DNA from: an uncultured Actinomycetes bacterium | GTDB lineage: Bacteria; Actinomycetota; UBA4738; HRBIN12 | Reading direction: 5' to 3' | Assembly (NCBI GenBank): GCA_963723855.1 | Contig: CAVRSI010000015.1 | Span: 115,815 to 179,814 of the forward strand | Length of the DNA: 64,000 bases | In this document: positions 53,288 to 64,000 of the stretch, in pieces | Layout of the letters: every line of letters begins with the position of its first letter | Position numbering within the stretch: the first letter of the stretch is position 1 | Translations under genes and position numbers: made by a program | Notes under the pieces: generated by a model | What the model was told of the DNA's origin: nothing | The model's database searches: none | What the model saw: only the letters and a program-made list of their open reading frames with translations

Positions 53288-53845
53288 CTAGGTGAGCGGG
53301 ACCAGGTCGATCTCCGGCGCGACCGACTGAAGCCCGGCGATCGACACCGCGAGGAACTCGTCGAGCGGCAGCCCGATCGAAGACTCGACGTCCGTGATCT
53401 CCTGGCGGTTCACACCGGGCGCGAACGCCTTCTCCTTGAGCTTCTTCTTCACGGACGAGACCTTCATGCCGGTCGCCTTCTCGGGCCGGACCAGCGCCGA
53501 GGCGACCAGGAGGCCCGCGACCGCATCGGCGTGCACGACCGCCTTCGACATCAGGTCGGTCCGGTACTGCTCGTAGGCGTGCGCGAGCACGCCGTTCACG
53601 ATGCGCTCGTCCACGCCCTCCTCGCGGAGCCATGACGCCGCGAGCTCCGCGTGGCCGAGCCCTTCGTCGCCGGTGTGATCTTGGTCCAGATCGTGGAAGA
53701 GCCCGGTCAGTCCCCAGAGGTCGCGATCCTCGTCGAACCGGCCCGCGAGCGCTCGCATCACACCCTCCACGGAGATCAGGTGCCGAACCGTGGTCTCCTT
53801 GAGGCACTTCTCGCGGCAGAACGCCACCGCCCGGTCACGATCCAT
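53288..53845 (-). CDS. Small HD-domain phosphohydrolase
   Basis: RH...V, FHDLD, LAH, AD; LVRPEK..SVKKKLKEKAFA; overlaps the upstream transporter stop. Confidence 0.85.
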   Translation of the reverse strand: MDRDRAVAFCREKCLKETTVRHLISVEGVMRALAGRFDEDRDLWGLTGLFHDLDQDHTGDEGLGHAELAASWLREEGVDERIVNGVLAHAYEQYRTDLMSKAVVHADAVAGLLVASALVRPEKATGMKVSSVKKKLKEKAFAPGVNRQEITDVESSIGLPLDEFLAVSIAGLQSVAPEIDLVPLT

Positions 53846-56217
53846 CTCCCACCTCCGACGGTCTCGGCGCTGGTTGCGGATGACGAGGGTCCTCGACGAT
53901 GAACGGCACGCTCGACAGCACGGCTCGTTCCTCGAACAGGAAGAGGCGCTTGATGAACAACGCGTTCTGGTTGTGCAGGAGGTAGTGGCGCCACTTGTCC
54001 ACCAGGAACTCCGGGATCACGACGTTCACGACCGTGTCCTTCCGGACGGTGAACCGCCGAACCTCATCCAGCATCGGGCCGGTCAGGTCGCGGAACGGAG
54101 CCTCGACGATGTCGAGCGGGATGTCCAACCGTCGGTCGAACCACTGCTGCTCCAGGCGGTGCGCCTCGTCCGGATCCAGGTCGAAGTAGATCGCCCGTGT
54201 CTCCGACGGCGTCGATCGAGCGCGCGTAGTTCACCGCGCGGATCGTCGCGTCGTTCACCGAGGAGACGAACACCAGCGTGACCGTCCGCTGCGGGATCAA
54301 CGCCCGCACCTCCACCGCGCCGGGCTCCGGGTCCTCGACCACGACCGGCACGTCGGTGACCACGACGTTCGGCTCGCGCAGGAGCCCCGCCTTCAGCCGC
54401 ACCAGCTTCCGACGCCGGACCAGGTACCCGAAGAGCGACTCGCGGATCTCCTCGGGGACGATGACCGTGACGAAGTCGTTCGGCTGGCGCGGGAGCGCCC
54501 TGAGGTACGCGCGGGTCGCCGACAGCACGTCTCCTCCATGCGTCGGGAGCGCCTCGAGGTCCCGGTCGCCGCCGGCGAACGCCCGCCAGCGGTCCCGGAC
54601 CTCCGGTGGGATCGTGCCTCCTTCGACCGGATAGAGCGCGTGGACCTCGGGTGGACGGAAGGAGCGGATGTAACCGAGCGCCTCCGCGGTCGACCGCCCC
54701 AGGTCGCGCACCAACAGGACGACGTGGTTCACGCCGTAGTCGTCCGGTGCGACGGTGCCACGTCGCAACTGGGCCATGATCGCCAGGTAGTGCCGGTGGA
54801 TCGAGAGGAACGTCAGGACGATGATCGGCATCGCGACGATCACGATCCATGCGCCCTCGATGAACTTCGTGTAGGTCACGATGATGAGGACCAGGAACGT
54901 GGCCGCGGCACCGATCGCGTTGATCACGATCGATCGCTGCCATCCCTTCATGGCCGCATCGCCCTTGTGCTTCTCCTTCAGCCAGTGACGGACCATGCCC
55001 GTCTGCGACAGCGTGAACGACGTGAACACCCCCACCACGTACAGCTGGATCAGCTTGTTGAGGTTGGCGTCGAACACCAGGATCAAGAGGCTGGCGAACG
55101 CCCCGAGGACGATCACGCCGTTCGAGAAGACCAGGCGGTCGCCGCGGTTGGCGAACTGCCGGGGCATGAACCGGTCGCGCGCCAGGATGGACGACAGGCG
55201 CGGGAAGTCCTGATAGGAGGTGTTGGCCGCGAGCACCAGGATCGCCGTCGTGAAGAACTGCACGAAGTAGAAGAAGAACCCGCCGCCGAACACGGCGTGC
55301 GCGATCTGGCCCACGACCGAGCGTTCCTCGCTGACCGTGATCCCGTGGATGTGGGTCGCCAGGTAGGAGATCCCCACGAACATCGTGACCGAGATGATCC
55401 CCATGATGAGGAGCGTCTCGGATGCGTTCTTCGACTGCGGGCGACGGAACGCCGGGACCCCGTTGGAGATCGCCTCGACCCCGGTGAGGGCGGTCGAGCC
55501 CGACGAGAACGCGTGCAGGATCACGAACAGACCGACCGTGCGAACCGTGTTGGCGAGCTCCGGGGAGGGCACCACGTGATCCGTCACGACCGGACACCCG
55601 CTGAAGATGCACCGGGCCATCCCCGTGACGACCAGGATGATGATCGACACGATGAACGCGTACGTCGGAACCGCGAACAGCGTGCCCGACTCACGGACGC
55701 CGCGCAGGTTGGCGAGCGTGACCAGCAGGACGAATCCGAGCGACAGCTCCAGCTTGTACGGCGAAAGTGCCGGGAGCGCCGAGGTCATGGCGAACACACC
55801 CGCGACGACCGAGACCGCGACCGTCAGCACGTAGTCGGTCAGGAGGGCCGCGGCCGCGATGAGCCCGGGCAGGATCCCCAGGTTGTCCTTGCTCACGATG
55901 TACGCGCCGCCTCCGCTCGGATACGCCCGCACGGTCTGGCGGTACGACGACACCACGATGATCAACAGCGCCGCGATGGCGATCGAGATCGGCATGGCGA
56001 GCGCGACGGTGCCCGCGCTCGCGACCAGGAGCACCCGCAGGATCTCCTCGGTCGCGTACGCGACCGAGGACAACGCGTCCGACGAGAACACGGGCAGCGC
56101 GAGGATCTTGGGGAGCAGCGTGTGCTCGAGCCGGTCGCTGGCGACGGCCCGGCCGACCAGGACCCGCTTCAGCACGCCCTTGCCGGAGCCGGAGGTGGGA
56201 CGGGCGGTGGTCGACAC
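53835..56217 (-). CDS. KimA-like APC/KUP K+ transporter 1 (indel near 54200)
   Basis: FSSDALSSVAYATEE, YPSGGGAY, DYVLT, TGVEAISNG, AANTSYQDFPRL, RGDRLVFSNG, LYVVGVF; TAGAAT 6 nt before the GTG. Confidence 0.9.
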
Positions 56218-56226
56218 GCGGGGATT

Positions 56227-56917
56227 CTACGTGGACGGCTCGGCCACCCAGCGATAGCCGACGCCCGGCTCGGTGAGGATCAACGCCGGCGCGGACGCGT
56301 CGTCGCCGAGCTTCCTGCGCAACGCGCGGACGTAGGTGCGGAGGTACGTGGTCTCCGAGCCGTACCCCTGTCCCCAGACCTTGCGGAGCAGCCACTGATG
56401 CGTGAGCAGCTTCCCGGGGTTGGTCGCGAGCGCCTCGAGCAGCGAGTACTCGGTCGGCGTCAGGTGCACGACCTCAGCGTCCCGCGTGACCAGGCGGCGC
56501 GCGAGATCCAGCTGCGAGCGGGCCGAACGACAGGAGGGGAGGCGACGGGTCCGCCGACGCACGACGACGCAGCGTGGCGCGGGCGCGCGCCAGGAGCTCG
56601 TCCATCGCGAACGGCTTCGTCACGTAGTCGTCCGCTCCCGCGTCGAGCGCGCCGACCTTGTCCTGCGAGCCGTCGCGGACCGAGAGCACGATGACCGGGA
56701 CCTCCGAGAACGCTCGCACCCGCCGGACCACCTCGGTCCCGTCGATATCGGGGAGGCCGAGGTCGAGGAAGACGAGGTCGGGCGCGGAGTCTGCCACGTA
56801 CAGGACCCCTTCCTCTCCGGTGCCGACCGTCGCCACCTCGTACCCGTGCGCCTCGAGGCTCGTTCGGAGCGCCCGGCGGATCTGCGGCTCGTCGTCGACG
56901 ACGAGGACCCTCGTCAC
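56227..56917 (-). CDS. kdpE: KdpE-type OmpR-family response regulator (frameshifted)
   Basis: VVDDEPQIRRAL, LDLGLPD, ALDAGADDYVTKPF, HLTPTEY, KVWG, LRRKLGDD..P.LILTEPGVGYR. Confidence 0.88.
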
Positions 56918-58369
56918 CGCTGTTCCTCCCACATCGGCAGCTCGAACACGACGACCGTTCCCCCGCCCGGAGCTCCCTCCACCCAGATCTTGCCGCCGTG
57001 GGCCACGACGATCGCGCGCGCGATCGCGAGCCCGAGACCGCTGCCGGGTCGCTCCGGCGCGGCGTCCCCACGATAGAACGCCTCGAACACCCGCTCGCGG
57101 TCGTCCACCGGGATGCCCGGTCCGCGGTCGGCCACGCGCACCTGGACCACATCGAGGAACGGCGCGGCCGTGATCGAGATCTCGCTCCCCGCCGGCGAAT
57201 GGAGCGCGGCGTTCTCGAGGAGGTTGGTGAGGACCTGATCGATCTGTACCGGGTCGACGAACACGTCGGGCAGATCGGGACGGATCGCCGAATCGCACGC
57301 TGACCTCGGCGAGTTGCGGCCGCATACGCGCGACGACCGCCTGCACGAGCTCGTCGACGGCGGCGGGCTCGCGAGCCGGCTCCAGCGCGCCCGCCCGGAT
57401 CTTCGGCCAGATCCATCAGGTTGCCCACGACGCGATTGAGGCGATCGGTCTCCTCGAGCACGGTGGTGAGCAGTTCGTGTTGTTGCGAGGCGTCGTGCAC
57501 GGCCGACTGCGACAGCAAGCTCGTCACCGACGCCTTGATCGACGCGAGCGGGGTTCGGAGATCGTGCGTCACGCTCGAGAAGAGCGCCGCCCGAAGCTGG
57601 TTGGTCTCCGCGTCGAGCTGCGGCCCGTCGCACGCGCATGTCCAGCCGGGCGCGCTCGATCGCGAGCGCCGCCTGCTTCGCGGTCGCCTCCAGGAGTGCA
57701 TGCTCCGTCGCCGTGAACGCGTGCGCACCGGGCCTGCGCACCGCGCGTCACGGTTCCGAACGGCGTCTCGCCGATCGCGATGGGCACGGTCTCCGTTCGG
57801 CCCCTCTTCCTGCGGGGCCGCTCGGTCGGACCGCGATCGCGTGGAGCTCTTCCCCATCGAGCATGGCCCGGACCTCGCAACGGATGAGGTCGAACGGGTC
57901 GAGCAACGCCTGCGCGAAATCGTCGAGGACCCGCGAGAGCTGGCTCCCCGGAAAGGAGCTTGGCGGCGAGGTAGCCCAGGAGCCGCGCGTCGCGCTCTCG
58001 CCGTTCGGTTCGCTCCCGCTCTTCGAGCACGCGCGCCACCAGGAACCCCACGACGAGCGCGACCAGCAGGAGCACGACGGCCGCGACCACGTCTTCCACG
58101 GCCGCCACCCGGAACGTATAGCGCGGTGCCGTGAAGAAGAAGATGTATCCGGCGAACGACAGAGCCGCGGCCAGGAGCCCGCCCCACACCCCCGCCGCCG
58201 CCGCGGCGAGGACCACCGCCAAGAGGTAGAGCGAGACCGCCGTGACACCGCTGGAGCGGTTGATCGCGAGCGCGAGGCCCGTGGCGGCCGCCGGGAACCC
58301 GATCGCCGTTGCGGCGATCCGGGCAGGGGATGCCGGTCGCACGGGATGCCACAGGTCCCCGAGATGCAT
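56914..58369 (-). CDS. kdpD: KdpD membrane/kinase half (4 TM + GAF + HisKA + HATPase; frameshifted)
   Basis: DUF4118-like TMs (FFFTAPRYTF), LRAALFSSVTHDLRTPLASIK, LTNLLENA, DRGPGI, GSGLGL. Confidence 0.85.
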
Positions 58370-58387
58370 GGCGTCACGCTAGCCGCT

Positions 58388-58436
58388 TTCACGGGATCTT
58401 CACGCGTGGACGCCCGTCCTTCATGACTCCCTCACG
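58388..58436. promoter_or_regulatory. Direct-repeat operator (putative KdpE boxes)
   Basis: TTCACG 58388, TTCACG 58399, TTCATG 58420, CTCACG 58431: two pairs with 11-bp spacing. Confidence 0.62.
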
Positions 58437-58486
58437 CCGCGGCGCCGAAGCTGAGGGTGGTTACTCAGGAAGGAGGGATCGCCGCG

Positions 58487-60900
58487 ATGAAGACGGAGAA
58501 CGAGTCGCAGGCGCGGAGCGCCGCAACCGGACATCGCACGGCCCTCCCGCAGGGCAGCGCGTACTCCGTCAAGCGGGCGCTGCTCGGTCCCGCCCTGCCC
58601 ACCGCCAATCTGGCCCACGAGCGCTTGGGGAAGCCCACCGCGCTCGCCGTCTTCGCTTCCGACAACCTCTCCTCGGTCGCGTACGCGACCGAGGAGATCC
58701 TGAAGGTCGCCATCCTCGCGGGGGTCGGCGCGGCGGCCTTCACGCTCGTCATGCCGATCACGATCGGCATCCTCGTCGTCCTTGGGATCCTGCTGTTCTC
58801 CTACCGGCAGACCATCAAGGCCTATCCCAGCGCCGGCGGCGCGTACATCGTCACGAAGGACAACTTCGGTCTCCTGCCCGCGCAGATCGCCGGAGTCGCG
58901 TTGCTCACGGACTACGTGCTGACGGTGTCCGTCTCGGTCGCGGCCGGGATCGCCGCCGTCACGTCCGCCGTGCCGGGTCTGTATCCCTACCGCGTATGGA
59001 TGTCGGTCTTCTGCATCTGGTTCATCGCGTGGGGCAACCTCCGCGGGGTGCGCGAGTCGGGCCGGATGTTCGCGGTCCCGACGTATTTCTTCATCTTCAT
59101 GATGTTCCTGATGCTGGGGATCGGGCTCTTCCGGGAATTCACAGGCAGCCTCCACCCGCTGCCCATCCCGCCCGACATCTCGCAGGCGACCGGCGCGGTG
59201 ACCCTCTTCATCATCTTGAAGGCCTTCGCGTCGGGCGGCGCGGCCGTGACCGGCGTCGAGGCTGTCTCGAACGGCGTTCCCGCGTTCAAGCCCGTCGAAT
59301 GGAAGAACGCCCGGACCACGTTGATGTGGATGGGCAGCCTCCTGGGCCTGATGTTCCTGGGGCTCTCGTTCATCACGGTGAAGCTGCAGGTGGTGCCCAC
59401 GGAGACGAAGACCGTCATCTCCCAGGTCGGTCGGGCGATCTTCGGCCAGGGAGCGATGGGCTACGCGTTGTTCCTGGCGCTCCAGGTCGCCACGACCTTG
59501 ATCTTGATCCTGGCCGCGAACACGTCGTTCGCCGACTTCCCTCGCCTGGCGAACTTCCACGCCGCCGACAACTTCATGCCGAGGCAGCTCACCGTTCGCG
59601 GCCATCGCCTGGTCTTCTCGAACGGGATCATCGGCCTCGCCATCGCGTCCACCGTGCTGATCGTGCTGTTCAAGGCCGACGTGTCCAAGCTGATCCCGTT
59701 CTACGCGATCGGCGTGTTCACGTCGTTCACGCTCTCGCAGGCGGGCATGTCCAAGCGCCACCTCCGGCTGCGGGAGCCGGGCTGGCGCGTCGGCCTCGCG
59801 ATCAACGGCCTGGGCGCGATCACGACCGCCGTCGTCACGGTCGTGATCGCGGTCACGAAGTTCACCCACGGCGCGTGGGCGGTCATGGTGTTCGTTCCCG
59901 TGATGGTGCTGCTGCTGGTACGGATGAACCATCAGTACGAGCGCGAGGACGAGGAGCTGGGAGGCGACCTGGTCCGGCTCGACGCGAACGCAGGTCCAGC
60001 GGCCGATCGTCGTCCTGCTGGTCGAGTCGTTCGACACGAAGATGGTCCACGCGCTGGGGTACGCGAAGACGATCCGCGCCGAACAGACTCCTGGCGGTCC
60101 ACATCGAGGACGACCCGCTGACGACGCTCGAGCTGGAGACGGCGTGGGAGTCGGCGGGGCTGAGCGACATCCCGCTGAAGGTCCTGCGCGGTCGCGGCGA
60201 CGCCGGCGACCGGCTCGCGGGGTTCGTCGGCGGGCTGCCCGCCGACCGTGACGTGAACATCCTGCGTCCCGGTGTCCCACGAGGTGTCGCGGCTGGAGCG
60301 GCTCTCGGAGTCGCGCTCGGGCGCGCGGCTGGCCCGAGCGCTGCTTCCCTACGAGCAGGTGCGGGTGACGCTGGTCCGGGATCACCCGGAGGGCGTGCAC
60401 CCGCTGACGAAGGGCGCCGACGGATACGCGGAGGTCCGGCTACCGCGCGGGGAACCCACACGGCCGTCGTGCTCGTGGACAAGCTGGATCGCGCGACCCT
60501 CCGCGCGATCCATTACGCGCTGACGCTCGGCGCGAACGACGTCTTCGCCGTCCACGCCGCGATCGACCCCGCGAACGCGCGGCGTGCTCGCGGACGCGTG
60601 GATGGCCCAACACCTGCCCATCCCGCTCACGCTGCTGGAGTGTTGGGACCGAAACGTCACCCGGGCGCTCGAGCAGGACATCCTGCGCCTGTCCAAGGAC
60701 GGGACCGAGGTCACCGTCGTGATGCCGCGACGGGACTTCCCGAAGCTCCGTCAGCGGATGCTGCACGACCGGACGAGCCGCAGGATCATCCAAGGCGCTC
60801 GGCCGCTACTCGCACGTCGACGTCGCGATCGTCCCCTACTACTTCGCGCCCCGCAGTCCGGCCCGGACCGGACATGGCCGACGCGTCGGACGTCAAGTAG
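58487..60900 (+). CDS. KimA-like APC/KUP K+ transporter 2 (indels in the C-terminal part)
   Basis: FASDNLSSVAYATEE, DYVLT, TGVEAVSNG, AANTSFADFPRL, RGHRLVFSNG, FYAIGVF; AGGAGG SD. Confidence 0.9.
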
Positions 60901-60912
60901 GCTCTGCGGCCG

Positions 60913-61587
60913 ATGCGAGTGATCATCATGGGCTGCGGACGCGTGGGCTCCGAGCTGTCCCTGCAAGCTCGTCGAGGGCGGCCACGACGTCGACCGTCAT
61001 CGACAAGAAGCCGGAGGCGTTCATCAAGTACCCGCCCGGGCGACGGGCGCACGCAGATCGTGGGGCTGGGGTTCGATCGCGACGTGCTCGAGGAGGCCGG
61101 GATCAAGGAGGCGGAGGCGTTCGTCGCCGTCTCCAGCGGCGACAACTCGAACATCGTCTCGGCGCGGGTGGCGCTCGAGCACTACCACGTGCCGAAGGTG
61201 GTCGCCCGGATCTACGACCCGCGGCGCGCCGAGATCTACGAGACGCCTGAACATCCCCACGGTCGCCACCACGACGTGGGGCGTCGAAGCAGATCCAGCT
61301 GATGCTCTTCCACGACCGCCAGGAGGTCCGCGAGAGCCTCGGCGGCGGCGACCTGGTCCGCGCTGCGCGTCCCGGTGCCGCCGCATCTGGTCGGGAAGAC
61401 GGTGTCCGACGTGAACGTGCGACGGGAAGATCCTGGTCGCCGGCGTCGTCGCGCGGCGGCGGCGGGTTCATCCCCACCGCCGACAGCACGTTCCAGACCG
61501 GCGACTACCTCGCGGTCATCATGGCGAAGGACGGCATGGACCTGCTCGACGAGGTCATGATCGCCGCCGGCCGGGGAGCACCACTGA
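60913..61587 (+). CDS. TrkA/CeoB-like RCK protein (frameshifted)
   Basis: MRVIIMGCGRVG, GFDRDVLEEAGI, SSGDNSNI, VARIYDPRRAE. Confidence 0.87.
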
Positions 61588-62308
61588 TGCGGGTCGTCGT
61601 CACCGGAGCGGGCGCGGTCGGCCGGCATCTGGCCTCCGACCTCGCGGATCGCGGGCACACGGTCACGCTGATCGATCAGGACCCCGACGGTCGTGCGAGA
61701 AGGTCGCAGGAGTGGGCGCCGAACGTCACGGTGGTCCAGGGCGACGCGTGCGAGCCGTGGGTGCTCGAAGAGGCCGAGCTTGAAGCAGGCCGAGGTCGTG
61801 GTCGCGGCGACCGGCGACGACGAGGACAACCTGGTGACGTCGCTGCTCGCCAAGCAGGAGTTCGCCGTGCCCCGCGTCCTCGCCCGCGTGAACCACCCGA
61901 AGAACGAGTGGCTGTTCACCGAGCAGTGGGGCGTGGACGCCGCCGTCTCCCCGCCGCACATCCTGACCGCGATGGTCGAGGAGGCCGTGACCGTCGGCGA
62001 CCTCGTCCGGCTGATCCGGCTGGAGGGCGGGCGCATCTCGATCGTCGAGATGACGCTGCCCGATCGGCTCGCCGTCCGTCGGCCGCCCGCTGTACGAGCT
62101 GCGGCTGCCGCCCGACTCCGCCGTCGTCGCGATCCTCCGCGACGGCCACGTGGTGATCCCGCAGCCCGAGACCGTGTTCGCGCCGCGCGACGAGGTCGTG
62201 GCGCTCTGTTCGCCGGGCTCCGAAGCGGGGCTCCGCGCCGCCGTCGTCGGCGAGGACGCACCCGGCGGCACACCCAGGGACGGTCTCAGCAGCACCAGCG
62301 AGATCTAG
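61587..62308 (+). CDS. TrkA/CeoC-like RCK protein (frameshifted)
   Basis: MRVVVTGAGAVG, GDACE, ATGDDEDNLV, RVNHPKNEWLF..WGVD; TGATG coupling to the previous gene. Confidence 0.87.
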
Positions 62309-62358
62309 TCCCGCTCCACCCAGCGGCTCGCGGTCCGGGGCGGCGCATAATGACCGCG

Positions 62359-63543
62359 ATGGACGAGGGCACGGCGACCAAGCCGACGACCGAGACGGAG
62401 TCCGTCGAGTCCCTGACGGGCCGGCCGGAGATCGAATCGATCCTCCATACGGTCTGGACCCATAAGCAAGCCATCGCCGAGAAGCGCGCGCCCCTCCGGA
62501 TCTACCTCGGCGCCGCACCCGGCGTCGGCAAGACCTACGCGATGCTCTCCGAGGGGCAGCGCCGTCGCGAACGAGGGAGCGAGGTCGTGATCGGGGTCGT
62601 GGAGACATACGACCGGCCCAAGACGAAGGCGATCCTCGAAGGGCTGGAGGTCGTTCCGCCGAAGGCGATCGAGTACCGGGGCGTCACCCTTCAGGAGATG
62701 GACACGGAGGCCGTGATCCGGCGGCACCCCGAGACCGCCCTCGTCGACGAGCTCGCGCACACGAACGTCCCGGGCGTGCGTCGGGCGAAGCGCTGGGAGG
62801 ACGTCCTGGACATCCTGGCGGACGGGATCGAGGTCATCACCACCTTGAACATCCAACACATCGAGAGCCTGAACGACGTCGTCGCGAAAGCGACCGGGAT
62901 CCTGCAGCGGGAGACGGTGCCCGACTGGATCCTGGAGCTCGCCGACCAGGTCGAGCTGGTCGACATGTCGCCTCACGCGCTCCGGCGCCGGATGATGCAC
63001 GGCAACGTCTACCCCGATGCGCGCAAGGCGGAGCTCGCCCTGCGTCGATTCTTCACCGAGGAGAACCTCACCGCCCTCCGCGAGCTGGCGCTGATGCGCG
63101 TGGCGAACCAGGTCGACGAGGAACTGCTCTCGCGCTGGACGAAGGAGACGGTCCCGGACACGCGCGAGCGCGTGCTGGTCGGCGTCTCGCGGCCCGAGCT
63201 CGCCGAGGACCTGGTCCGGCGTGGCGCGCGGGTGGCGCAGCGCGCGCACGGCGACCTGCTGGTCGTGCACGTCGTCGGCACCGAGGAGCGCGGCGAGCCC
63301 GAGTGGCTCGCCGGGATCCGCGACCTGACCTCGAAGCTCGACGGCGAGTTCGAGGTGATCAGATCGGAGTCCGCCGTCGAGGGCGTGGTCGGCTACGCGG
63401 TACGGCAGCACGTCACGCAGATCGTCGTCGGGGAGCCGTTGAAGCCCCGCTGGCAGGAGATCCTTCGGGGCTCGTTCGTGAACCGGCTGATCCGGAAAGC
63501 GTCCGAGATCGACATCCACGTGATCGCGCAACGCAAGGGTTGA
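62359..63543 (+). CDS. Stand-alone KdpD N-terminal domain + USP domain (soluble half of a split KdpD)
   Basis: IYLGAAPGVGKTYAML, VDELAHTN, KRWEDV, TTLNIQHIESLND, RETVPD, NLTALRELAL, then a USP fold; no TM; CATAAT upstream (alternative start 62350). Confidence 0.9.
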   Translation: MDEGTATKPTTETESVESLTGRPEIESILHTVWTHKQAIAEKRAPLRIYLGAAPGVGKTYAMLSEGQRRRERGSEVVIGVVETYDRPKTKAILEGLEVVPPKAIEYRGVTLQEMDTEAVIRRHPETALVDELAHTNVPGVRRAKRWEDVLDILADGIEVITTLNIQHIESLNDVVAKATGILQRETVPDWILELADQVELVDMSPHALRRRMMHGNVYPDARKAELALRRFFTEENLTALRELALMRVANQVDEELLSRWTKETVPDTRERVLVGVSRPELAEDLVRRGARVAQRAHGDLLVVHVVGTEERGEPEWLAGIRDLTSKLDGEFEVIRSESAVEGVVGYAVRQHVTQIVVGEPLKPRWQEILRGSFVNRLIRKASEIDIHVIAQRKG

Positions 63544-63552
63544 CTGGCGGCA

Positions 63553-63584
63553 CGAGCGCTCCGGGCCTCGGCCCGGAGCGCTCG
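63553..63584. terminator. 14-bp hairpin between convergent genes
   Basis: CGAGCGCTCCGGGC-CTCG-GCCCGGAGCGCTCG. Confidence 0.78.
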
Positions 63585-63600
63585 GCCTCCCGTTGATCCC

Positions 63601-64000
63601 CTAACCGAAGAAGCCGCCGTGTGCTGCTGTGACGACGATGCCGAACGGCGTCGCGCCGGTCGGAAGAGCCGCCGGTGAGCTCGGAAGCTCGGTCAGGCTC
63701 CCGCCGGACACGGCGAACGCGCTCACGGCGTTAAGTGCCGCGTCGACGACGTACAGGTGTCTGCCGCTCGGATCCAACCGAGCATCGAACGGACGGATGC
63801 CCGCGCCGCTGGTGAACGCCGTGCTGGTCAGGTACTGCAACGAGCCATCCGCCTGGATCTGGTAGCTGGAGATGGTCGTGCTGCCCGTGTTGACGGCGAA
63901 CAGGTAGCGGCCGTCATGGGAGATCTCGACCCAGCACGGAGCCGTCTGCCCGTCGGCGAACGGCGACGCCCCGATCGAGCTCAGCTGCCCGGTGAAGCCG
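63601..64000 (-). CDS. Lactonase-like 7-bladed beta-propeller protein, C-terminal part (truncated by the window)
   Basis: PCWVEISHDGRYLFAVNTG, LDPSGRHLYVVD, SGGSLTEL..SP, GIVV. Confidence 0.75.
   Translation of the reverse strand, partial: GFTGQLSSIGASPFADGQTAPCWVEISHDGRYLFAVNTGSTTISSYQIQADGSLQYLTSTAFTSGAGIRPFDARLDPSGRHLYVVDAALNAVSAFAVSGGSLTELPSSPAALPTGATPFGIVVTAAHGGFFG

Noticed and set aside
58370-58486. c-di-AMP (ydaO) riboswitch ahead of the KimA-like gene
   Set aside because: The intergenic region is only 117 bp, is largely occupied by direct repeats, and no ydaO consensus was recognisable; an Infernal search with RF00379 would settle it
61693-63543. Apparent TrkA-KdpD fusion
   Set aside because: An indel near 62070 bypasses the TrkA stop at 62306-62308; the linker is off-frame Arg-rich sequence and KdpD-N has its own -10 and ATG

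Overview
High-GC actinobacterial chromosome segment, probably from a deep-branching Actinomycetota lineage (inferred from carD next to a PIN/TRAM gene, a zinc-ribbon TopA and the absence of lsr2). It looks like a long-read assembly, with many single-base indels breaking even essential genes. The conserved backbone on the minus strand runs topA, MFS-tmk, holB, tRNA-Thr(CGT), Zn-protease, tilS, hpt, ftsH, folE/P/B/K, panG-like, panC, coaX, lysS, clpC, radA, carD, PIN/TRAM, ispD/F, rlmB, tRNA-Thr(TGT). Two accessory systems stand out. (1) A signalling cluster at 33-45 kb: a USP-ABC1/UbiB kinase fusion, a membrane GAF histidine kinase, a receiver-LuxR HTH-adenylyl cyclase fusion, a paralogous LuxR regulator, a stand-alone USP and a stand-alone receiver, with a shared GTGC-N2-GCAC palindrome upstream of three units. 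(2) A potassium locus at 53-63.5 kb: a split KdpD plus KdpE with no kdpFABC, two KimA-like transporters that each have a tandem-duplicated cytoplasmic domain, two TrkA proteins and a clear direct-repeat operator. Also notable: a RIO1 kinase with a probable leader-peptide attenuator, unexplained hydrolases inside the folate operon, an ECF sigma deletion scar and widespread leaderless promoters. No CRISPR, rRNA or transposase was seen.
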